Notes under the pieces: generated by a model | Databases searched by the model: none | The model's input: only the letters and a program-made list of their open reading frames with translations | Told to the model about the DNA's origin: nothing | In this document: piece after piece, positions 40,453 to 51,960 of the stretch | Position numbering within the stretch: the first letter of the stretch is position 1 | Layout: each line of letters begins with the position of its first letter | Position numbers and translations under genes: made by a program | From: Diadema antillarum | Lineage: Eukaryota | Assembly: GCF_040938485.1 (NCBI RefSeq) | Contig: NW_027271001.1 | Coordinates: 4,278,001 to 4,342,000 of the forward strand | Length of the DNA: 64,000 bases | Direction: 5' to 3'

Positions 40453-43400
40453 CTGGGAAAAATATAATCAAGGATTACTATACCATAAGTGCAAGGATTT
40501 ATGTGTAATGAAAATCTTTAACTATGATAGTGATAACTGTTACTGAAATTTTCCATCATTTCTCAGTAGTTTAAATCTTCGTACTCTACACTAAAATGTT
40601 ATAAAACTGTGTTAACCACAGGCTATAACACATTTTGATGAAAATTAGTCAGTGTTGAAAATTTCCCATTCGTTTTGTACATAGTGCATATCGTTTCGTC
40701 CCGTTGCGCTATGGGATGGAATTCAACACCTTTCGAGGAATTTACTTAAAAAGTATAACATATTAAATCTGTATGATAGCTCTTTTGTTGAAGTAATGTA
40801 GGGAGTGGTAGCAAACAATGCCATATAGCATGGCAAGTCTTGCTCATCAACGTTGATACAATTCTCCTTTGAATTTTGTTTTAAAAAAAACAGTGATTTT
40901 TTTTAATTCTGTGAGTAAAATTTGTTGTTTCCATGGAAACAAAACAAATGTCTGCCTTGTTTATAGTGCACTTTCATGCTTTCATGTAAGCTTGATACCT
41001 ATGGCTGCTATCATGCTAACATTTTTTTTTTTTTTTTTTGTGAGCATAAAAATTCTCTTAAATTCCGTCTCATCGCTGTCCCTTGATTTTTTGGATCAGA
41101 CTCAGAGGCTCATTTTTGTTTTTCTCCCTGGAAATTGGAGAAAAAAAAATGGAGGAGAATATGAAGAGTATCCACAGTTGCCAAGATCGTCATTAAAGAC
41201 AGCCTTTGCATTGGTGATCAAATCTTGGTGGAAAGATTCAATCTTTGGGCAAACGAAATGCCATTGCAACATTATCATTCATGTAAAGTAATTTTCCTCG
41301 AGAAAGAAAATCAAGGATTACCATACCAAAAGTGTAAGAATTCTTGTAAAATGAGAATTTTTGGCCTTATGATAATAATTGTTGATCAAATTTTTCAGCA
41401 CTCATGAGTAGTTTGAATCTTGGTGTGCTTAATCTACACTAAGATGTTATAAAACTGTTTTCCAAAGTTTAAATACATTTTGATGAAAATTAGCTGATTC
41501 TCTAGAATTTCCCATTCGTTTTGTACATAGTTCATTTTTGTCCGTCCCGTCGCGTGACGGGACGGACTTCAACAGCTATTGAGAAAATTACCTAAAAAAT
41601 AAAATCTATTAGATCTAGATGTTTCTCTATTTGTGCAAGTAATGTTTGGAACATTGACAAACAAACACCACATGACATGGTCTGTATTGCTCATTAACTT
41701 TGAATTAATTCTCCTTTGAATTTTCTTCACAAAAACCAGTGATTTTTTCAGTCCGTCCCGTCGCGCTAATAAAATTTGTTGTTGCCATGGAAACAAAACA
41801 GATGCTGATATTGTCCATAGTGCAGTGTGATGTCTTCATGTAAGCCTAACACATTTGTAGTAATAAATGGCTGCTAACACTTACACTTTTTTTGTTTTAA
41901 ATAAAAAACCCATTCAAATTCCGTCCCGTCGCGCTCCCTTGATTTTTGGATCAGACCCTTGACAAAAGTAATAGCCGTAACCTACTTATTTACAATGCAT
42001 CGGTGTATGTACTCCTTATTGTAGCATATATGACTATATCCTGCTTTAGTTGATAGATATCTGCAGTACAAATATGGACCTTGTTCTCCAGCTGAGTTTT
42101 CCTATTTAAAAGTGATTTGATAAGACCCCCTCCGAGCAGGATTGAAATCGAGACTGATATAATTGAATTTCATTCATATCAGAGGATTTCAAAATTTTAG
42201 TCTTGACATTTCAGACCTGAATAACTGCAGGTACATGTAGCTGCAGGTCCTGATCATGTGTATGACAGGACATATTTCAGAGTCATCAACAGTAGGTTTC
42301 TTTTCTATGCATGATGTGATACATAGGTAGAATGCAGGCAGACTCCATCATTACCACAGCATTCCAGTTGCTTATCCAACTCAAACTCCTAATGCTATAT
42401 TATGAAGCATTGAATGCAATCAAAATTACTGGCATAGACACACACACAAACAAAATGGCAAGTCTGGCACTTAGACAGGGAAAAAAAATGGTAAGATACA
42501 GTATGTGTATTGTTTGACATTGAATAAGAGGCTATGATGCCATTGCAGACTGATAAAACCTTTGTACATTTTGTATTAGGAAGGCAACTGGGGATACTTT
42601 GGTATACGTGTATGTCATTGCCGTGTTTTGATCCCTTTTTTAATGTTATTCTAATACCTAATCTCACCCATAGAAATATACAAGGGACATGTATGTTATG
42701 TATCAAATACTGCAATATATTGTTACTTTCCACTTTGCAACTGTAACAACATTTTCAATGTTTAGAGGGGCTGTTGCGCACACTTTGTTAGAGTGCTATA
42801 TTTATGCCAAAGGGTGCAACATGCAGGAAAAACAAAATTGAACAAGAACAAGGAGATGAAATACAAGCTTTTTCACTGAACTTTGTCTCTTAAACAATGA
42901 ATAGAATATAAATATGTGTGTAAAATGGTCTAAAAAAAAACATACCGTGCAGCAAGTGTACTGCTGGCAAGCTTTAGGTGGTGGATTTGTACTGGTGACC
43001 CTTTTCTGACTGCTTCTCGTATTTAATGCATACTCTAGGCATGCCTTTCCAAGTACCAGCAAATATCACATCTTAATTTCAACTACCCTGCTATTCAAAG
43101 TGCAGGGTGGTTGTCATTGTTTTGTGCGTGAGGAGAAGAAATGGAAACAACAATTGATTTTAAGAAGCATGATGTTGTAATGCAAAGAATTTTTATGATT
43201 GTTGCACAAGAAACAAGGAAAAAAAAGAAGGAGGAAACTATTGTAATCATACAAATAGAGCTTTTTCACAACAATGGGCCTGCTATATGCATTCATCTCC
43301 CAGAGTGAACAAAAAAAAAATGTTACATTTCTTTTTTCCATTACCATTAATAAGATTCTCTATTCGATCTGTATTCACCAAGTGAAAAAGTAGAATCTTA

Positions 43401-46400
43401 TTCACGACAGAGAGTAACTGTGTAAGTAAAATCCCTGTAGGCCCTAGCTACACTTTCTGCAAAACAAAACAAAACAGAAATGAATCCCGGCATTCTTTCT
43501 CTAAAAACTCTAAAAGCAAACATCTATTTGAACTGAAATAGTACAGTGACAGATGATTGGCGAAAAAGAACTCAGAACTGAGTCCTTTGGTGTAATCTGA
43601 TTGGTTTTGTAGAAGTTGCAAAATTTTGAATCATGGTGATAGATCTATCTAGGGTGACTTCAACAGGCTTTACTGTATTTCAGATCAGCTACATGACTGA
43701 TTCACTACTCGTGAAGAAGTCCTTCTATTTGCAAAATGAAATATATTTGATTGAACATAGAAGTAAAAAAAAATATATGTATACAGTGGATATTTGCCAG
43801 ATATTAATACAATGTAGGTATAACACTAAATTGCACTTTTTTTATGGCAAAGAATTTCTTTATTTTGCAAAATGATCATTTGTATATTTGTGTTTGGATA
43901 CACTACACAGATCTATAACAATTCAGTGAACATTTTAATGTGCTCTCAGATTGGCATGTTAGGTGATGGAATGTTTTTAAACAAAGAAACACTTAATATT
44001 AAACTGAGATTCACTCAACATTTCAAGGACAAGGCTTGCCATAGTACTGGCTCCATTAGAGTAGGGCCACTGATTTTTTGTTGTTGTTGTTTCATGTTTC
44101 ATCTACATTTTTATGTGCATTTCTTTTTCCTTTTTTTTTTTTGCTGGCAAATAAGGAAACTGTTCTTTTTGCAAACGAAAGTGTTTTGATTGAATGGTAT
44201 ATGTAAGTCTTTGAGATATGGTGGGTGCACAGTGAACAAAGCGTCTTTTGTGCATTGGTAGTTGTTCTCTCTCACTTTTTTTGTATAGTTTTTTTTTTTT
44301 TTTTAGTTTTTGCTAATCTGTGAAGTGTGTAAAATAGTGCAGACAATGTACAATTGCACACACTTGAACTTCAGTCTGTACCAGGAGTCTCTAGAAGTTC
44401 TAAACAGAAGGTGTACATTGTATATGTGACTGTGTATCACAAAACTGACATAAAGTTGCACACCCTGATTTTACGTGAGGATTCAGAATAGGCGAAGCAC
44501 ATCAATCTAGTCAATCTTGAGTTTTTTGCACTTTGTGAAAGAGTAACCTTCTGCATAATTCTACAGCTTTGGATCATAAAACAAGTTAAAATTGAGTATT
44601 AAGCAGTATTTTCTAGAACACATTTTGCTTGTAGAACAGAGTGGTTAAGCATATCATAGAGGCCCCTTTTAAAGGGGAAGGCTAGTAACTGATCAGTGGG
44701 AATCAGTGGAAATGCTGGGAGATGATTGTTCCAATCCTTATGGGATTCATTCAAGAGTTCATTGTATATCTATTGTTGTGTGAAAATGATGTGCTTCAGA
44801 ACGGTCTCATATTCAAGTAATGTGCAGTTTAATGCTTCCAGGTTAGCGTCCCTGGTCAGTGACGGAGCATTAATCTGCACATTACTTGAATATGAGACCG
44901 TTCTGAAGCAAATCATTTTCACACAATAATAGATAAAACAATGAACTCTTGAATGAATCCCACAAGGATTGGAACAATCATCTCCCAGCATTTCCACTGA
45001 TTCCCACTGATCAGTTACTAGCCTTCCCCTTTAATTCCTTAATAATCCTTAACACTCTTCATGTTCAACTCTAAGTATCTTTTGACAGGATGATGGTAAG
45101 CTTTTAAAGTGGGTACTAGTCATGAATAGAATGTGTTAATAGAGCATGCCTAATTTCAGCTTAATCTGATAATTCGTCATTGTTGTTGATATGGTGTTTT
45201 ACATCCTGTTATTTGTCTCATTCATTGCACAGCTAGCATGGCTTGGTAGGATTAAGTGCTTGAATAGACACTATACTTCAAAGCCTCTTTTCTCAGGACA
45301 CACTTTTTCAGAGGATGGCTTTCTTTTCAATATTTAGATAGGTTAGGAGAGTCCATTTGAATTGAGTTATACATCATTTTATTGCTGAAAGTCTGTTTTT
45401 TCATAATCTGCCCTTAACCAAAAATCCATGTGTGGCGACTTCTTTTTTGGTTTTGTGAAGCAGGGTCACACATTATGTACTTGCATAGACTAACACACCA
45501 AGTCAAAACCTTCCATGTAAAGTAGGCTTGGCCCTTTGACTTGCGCTGATGACCACTTGTGCAGCTCAAATATCAGATCTGCTTGTCAGTCAAATATCAG
45601 ACATGTTTGACAAGTGTTTTGTTTATGTACTAGGTAATATTTCAGCTAGCTCATCAAGCAAACTTTCATCCACCTTCAGTTTCTTTTTACAGTGAAGTTT
45701 CATATGATGTTTTGTTTCTCAAGGATTTTTTTTTTCCCCTTTGACCTCTTTTCCTTTTCTACACCAATTCATACCCAGTGCATCAGAAGTAGTAGTTCTA
45801 TAAACAGTGAACATTGATTCAGTTTTGTGAATCACTAGAGTTGTACTGTAGCCTTTGTATGTGAATATACTACATGTAGATAAATGAAATGTTGAAAGAT
45901 GATGCTCAGGGTAGATTGTATTTATTAGGTGATACGCTATTGTGATTGTCAAAATCTCTCTTTATTTTTTTTTATTCTTCTTTCTTTCTGGACAATTTTG
46001 TGTCGTCAATATCTCAAGAATGACATTACAAAATAACATGACATTTTCAGTCAACATGTCTCATGACAAAATCTAGCCACAATAGGGTTTTCATGACAGT
46101 AACATATCTATGACGTCATCTAGGCGCCATTTTGTGATTTTCGGACCTTGTCAAATGATCGATCATAACTTCATAACTAGATATCATTTCTGTATCATTT
46201 TCGGTGGACGTGAAGTTCAGGTCACGCTCTATCTTACTTTTTAACGCTAGTTACACAGGTCATCATTACGCGCGCGTAAGAGCGCGTCAAAATTTTAAAA
46301 GGCTCAAAACGACTTCCCAATGGGAAATCTCGAAGTTTCAGACAATTTTAAGCGTTTCGAACATTTTCTCGCGTGCGCGTCCGTCCGCGCAATTTCGCGC

Positions 46401-49400
46401 GCAGAGCCCGTAAGCAACATGAAAATGCAATTTTTTTGACTGATTTGGATTCCTGATACTTTGAGTAACAATATCCATTGATTTCCGATCGATTTCGACC
46501 TATAACAAAGGAATGCACTGGCGTCAAAGTTGAAATTCCGCGTGCGCGTCTTTCTGCAAATATAGTGAAAAAACATGTCTTTGTTTATTTCGCCATAGCT
46601 CTTTAAATCGTCCGTTGACTCTATATTTCTATTGCATATTACAAAAGTATATGAATTGTAAATAACATTCCAAGTATCAATATTGCCAGGAAAACGCGAT
46701 GACGTCATCATATCGTCATTTTAAATAAAAAAAGTGGAATTGATTTTTTTGAGGTACTGTTTCTGACATTCATTTGCTCGTATCTCTGTTGTTTAAGCTC
46801 AATATTACCCCAAATTCAGGTATGTTGCACTTTGAACATTTGCCTTTCAAGTCCATGTGATGGTTTTGAAATATGATGACGTCATCATACTAGAAATTGT
46901 GATTAAAGGTAAAGACTCAAAATCAGACAAGTTTACGTGTTATGTCTATGGGAGGTGATTTTTTTTAAACCATGCATTGACTTGACAACGTTTAAGCACC
47001 TTTATCTCAGCTGATTTTGCTTCATTTCCTCTGAAACATAAATATGTTGTAGCTGAGACAATAAGCTTTAGTAATCATGCATTTTATGTTTTCAAATCTC
47101 CTCATCAGGTTGACAATTTTGCAATTTAAAACTGAAAATGAGAATGCAATCTGTACGGAACAATTCCCAATTTTTCTTTGCAACTGTATATTGATCGAAT
47201 CCACGCTGCCACTTGTGGGAAGTTAAATAGCGCCATCACAAGTCAACACTGTCACGATAGTATTTAGATTTAAGTTTCGCATTCGATCTTCAGGACAGCC
47301 ATGTGCATAGCTGCCAAGTATTACGAAAAATTCGTAAATATTACAAATTTTTACCTATTTTACGAAAATACGAATGCACCTTTAAATTTTACGAATATGA
47401 GCGCCATTATACATGTATTATACTATGCCCATTCACGCATGTGTTATACAACATGTCAGCGCAATTCTATCCACGTACGTACGTGCACATGCATGGCGTG
47501 GACCATTACTGTAACTGTGCGAAGAGACGATAGATTGCTGTGTACTGTATGTAGCATGCAGTGTGCACCGCGCGCACCGATGCTACATTCCCCCGTGACT
47601 ACGGTACAGTCACAGCTGTACTACGTATTTGAGTGCTTGTACTCGCAGTCGAGCCGCTCGCTACGTCGCTTGTCGTACGCTGGCATAGCAAGCTATGTAG
47701 CAGAGGCTTTGGATGAAAGCAGTGAATGTGTACTACAGTAAAGTAACCTGCTGCGGAGCGCGAATTTAAGAACCTGCGAATACTGTTTACGTGGTTTCTT
47801 TCGCGGTGGTTTTAGCCGCTCAGCGCGAAAAATTAATCGCGCGAAAATATTGACGTTTACAGTATACCACGCTAGTACGTGTAGACGAAAACAGCGCATT
47901 CGTGTGAAAGTAAGAGGCCATTCATAGTACATGCATGTTGATGTTAGTGCATACACACTGCCTATGTATAGCTTTATGATGATTGCAAGTGCGCTGCACC
48001 GATGTGTATTGTGTGTGATGCAGTACAGTTGCGATGTTGCTAGCGAACGTTCGACGCTATCTTCTCACTTCTTCTTTTCTAGTTTTGACTTTTGGACAAT
48101 AAATGACAGAGAATGGATCGTAAAAAGGGACAGTGTTACAATAGCAAATACGAAACAGAGTTCGACTTCATCACAAAATCTGGAAAGAGCAAACAGCATG
48201 CATTTTGTAAGATATGTCGCCGGGATATTTCAATCGCTCATGGCGGCCGCAGTGACATCATTTTGCATAGGAAATCAAAACTTCACATTGGTAATTTTGA
48301 GTCTGAATCTTCATCCACACCCAAGATAACATCATGGATGTCAACTTCGCAGGATTTAAATGTTACGCGAGCTGAGTGCTTGTTTACATCATTCTACTTG
48401 GAGCACAACATTCCTCTTTCTGCTGCTAGTCATATGGGGCCATTGTTACGGAAAGCCTTTCCAAATTCGGAGGAGGTGAAGAAATTTTCAAGTGCAAGGA
48501 CCAAAACTTCCTGTCTAGTTAAAGAAATGGCCAAAGATGAACAAGAACGGATTGCTTTAGCAATGAAAGCAGGACCCTTTGCAATTTCAACTGATGGGAG
48601 TAATACAAGCACCAGTAAATTGTACCCAATAGTTATCAACTACTTTGACGGTAAGCAAATTTCTTGTTCTATTTTCTCCCTTCAAAACTTGGAAGAAGCG
48701 GGAACTGGCGAAAACATTGCGCAGCTGCTTATAGCAGAAATGCAAAAGCATAGTATCCCATGGCAAAACTGTACAGCATTGGGGTCAGACAATGCAGCGG
48801 TCATGACAGGTGTGAAGAAAGGAGTGGGAGCATGCCTCAAAAAATGTCAGCCAGAGCTCATTGTGCTTGGTTGCCCAAATCATCTCATTGATCTTGCCGC
48901 CAAAGCTGGATCATCAGCGTTACCATGCTCAATAGACTCGCTTCTCATTGATGTGTTCTATTATCTTGAAGCCAGCGTAAACAGGAAACTTAATCTCAGA
49001 AATTTCCAAAAGCTCCTTGGTACTGAAGTGCAAGCAATCTTGAAACATGCTTGTACTCGCTGGCTGAGCTTGGGACAGTGTTTGCCACGATTTCTCCAGC
49101 AGTGGGAAGCTCTCATTCTCTTTTTTGAGGAGGAAGTGGCTCAGCAGCAGAAGCCTGTTAAAGAGACCAAGACAACACCCAGTATCAAGACCAACCTTGT
49201 ACCGAAGAAAGCAAATCCAACTTTGAAAAGCAAACCTGCTCAGGAACCTGCGTGTGTCTCCCAGCAGAAGAAGCTTGCTCCACAAACCAGCAAGGCCAAG
49301 ATCACAGCAAGCCTCCAGAAGTTTCGTATTCCAAAGAAGGTATCTGCAATTCATGCAAAACCAGATGTAACTGTAAGCAAACCTCAACTGCTTCAGCCGG

Positions 49401-51914
49401 AGGTGAGTGCATCATCATCACAGCCTCAACGAGTAAATGTGTCTCCAGCAAGTGATTCAGTTGGACAGAAACGGCATGGTGATAATGTAAACGTACATGT
49501 ACCTCACCAAAAGAAACAAAAGACTTGTACAGAAGGACCTTCTGCTAAGGCAGTATGCACATTGAAGCTGAAGCCTGGAACTTCAAGTCATCCTAGCAAA
49601 TGTACTACAGGAGTGACCAGAAAATCTACTGCAAAGAAAACAAGCTCACACATACTCACACCTGAGACTTCAACTAAACTTAGTCAAGGTACCAGCAATG
49701 TAACTGAAAAGGAAGAAACAAGACCTGTGAGAATTCTGAAGACACTGAAATCAAAGCTGAAGTTGGCCATTGCACAATTTCTGAGCCAAAGTATTACTTC
49801 ATTTGACAGGAAAAGTGTCATCCTCCAGACCAGAAGTCCTCTTATCCACAGACTTAAAAGAGAACTTGAAAACCTACTGCGTGATCTGTACAGCAAATTT
49901 GTCACTCCACAAGCCATTATGGCAGTCACTGATGTGACCCTTCTTGATTACAAAAAGAAGGAGAATCTTAGAGAAGAAAGTGAGATTGTCATAGGAAGTG
50001 AAGCAAGAGAGACTGTGAGCACATTGGACAAGGCTGATCGCCAACAGTTTTATGCAGCAGTATACTCTTATTACTCAAAGGCATGTGACTACATTGTTGC
50101 AAAATTTCCACTGAAATCCAATGTCATCATCCATGCACAGGTTGCAGATATTTCATGTAGAATGGATGTCAAATTCACCTCTGTGAAGTTTTTCATTGAC
50201 AAGTTTCCGTGCATGTTACTCGTCAAAGAAGGAGAAGACAGACATAGTGCGATGGATGCACTGGAAAACCAGTTTGTGAGCTATCAAATTGCTCAGATTC
50301 CAGACTCAGTGCTAAGAGAGGAAGGAGCTGACAAGCAGTGGGCAGTTATGATGACACAGAAGGGTGCATCAGGTGAACTGAGCTATGATAGACTTGGAAG
50401 AGTAATGCTAGGGATCCTGACAATACCACATACAAACGCGGAGTGTGAACGGGTGTTCAGCCAAGTACGCAAGAACAAAACTGATTTCAGAGGATCAATG
50501 AGTGATGAAACTCTGTCAAGTTTACTAATCACCAAGGCTCAGCAGACAGGACCTTGCTACTTGAGAGACTTTGATGACAAATTTCTCAGGAGAGCTAAGT
50601 CGGCTACATGTAGAGCTCTCAATGAATAACAATCTATGTGTCATGAGGAAAGAAACTGATTTCAGACAGTCAACAAATGTTTGAACAATGCTACTGAAAT
50701 AAACTCAACTTTACTTTTCCTCCAGTGAGAGCAGACAGGACCATTATACCTCAACAAATTAAGAACTTAAAGCATCAGCTACATAGAGCTCTTAACACCT
50801 GTGCCTGTGGTAAGTTTTTTCTTTTTTCTTAAGGGCAGTAAAAATTCAAATGCATACTTTAATTAATGATATTTTGAATGGTCCATTTAATCATATTTTA
50901 TTGTGTTATTCATTTATCTTCAGATTTATGAATATTTTGGGCAATAATTTTCTCAAACCTAAGATTCACCCTAAAAACAACTGAAAACCCCTGTAGATAA
51001 TAGACTGGAGATCACATCTTTTAACAAATGGCAGATCTCAACTCTGTGTGATTTATATGTTAATTGTTATGTATGTGAAGAAATAGCTTTGCATTGATGT
51101 AATCCAGGAATGGGGAGAAAGGTTAAAATGCTCCAAAAAAAGGCTCAGATTGCACCAGAGAGTGTCTAGAACCCCAGAGCTTCCAGGGCTCTTAAGTGGG
51201 CCCTGGACCCCGGCCGCAAGGACTTCGCGCTTCGCGCTCGTGATGTGCGCTTCGCGCACATTTCTGTGTTTTTTATCTGATCATTACTAATTTTGAATTT
51301 CAAATGTTGGCAGCTATGCATGTGGCATAATCGGTTAGCGCGCTGGTTGTTCATAACGCCATACCGGAAGGCGAGAGGTTCGACTCCCGCAGGACTTTTA
51401 TCCGTTCTTTCTTTTTTTCTCTTTTTTTTTCGGCAATTCAGCTTTACTCCGATGTCATTTATCGTATTATTTTATCAAGTGTACGTAACCCGTGAACACT
51501 GCTGCTCTATTTCCCTTGTTTTGTATTGGAGTTTGGAGATTGGGTTTGCTTCATTAATTTTGTCACACTTAATGTTGTAAATTGCCCCTTGTTACAGTGT
51601 CCTGCTTGCCACCTTTCGTTTGCTCTTTCCTTTTCTCTTCATTGGTTATTGTTATACTGTAACAGGATAGGTAGGAACATGTACGTTTAAATAACTTGCA
51701 GGAATGGGAGCTGAATTGATTAACTCTAGTCCAGGTGTATGGCGTCTCGCTCATCTCTTTGAAATTCCAGGTTGTTATTGTTTGACCCAATAACGGAGTT
51801 GTAGACAGGTTATATGTTGCTATAGAGGTATCTTGTGCCACATGAGTGGAAAGCATCACTGTTTAGTAGTAGTAATGAACTTTTTCATGTTGTATATGGT
51901 ATAAAATATTTAAG

Positions 51915-51960
<46 letters not shown>

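Larger units (their letters stand above)
47306..51318 (+). mobile_element. Full-length autonomous hAT transposon, 4,013 bp, 6-bp TSD
   Basis: Perfect 12-bp TIR CATAGCTGCCAA (47306-47317) / TTGGCAGCTATG (51307-51318); CATGTG at 47300-47305 and 51319-51324; TTACGAA subterminal repeats; intact transposase ORF. Confidence 0.92.
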
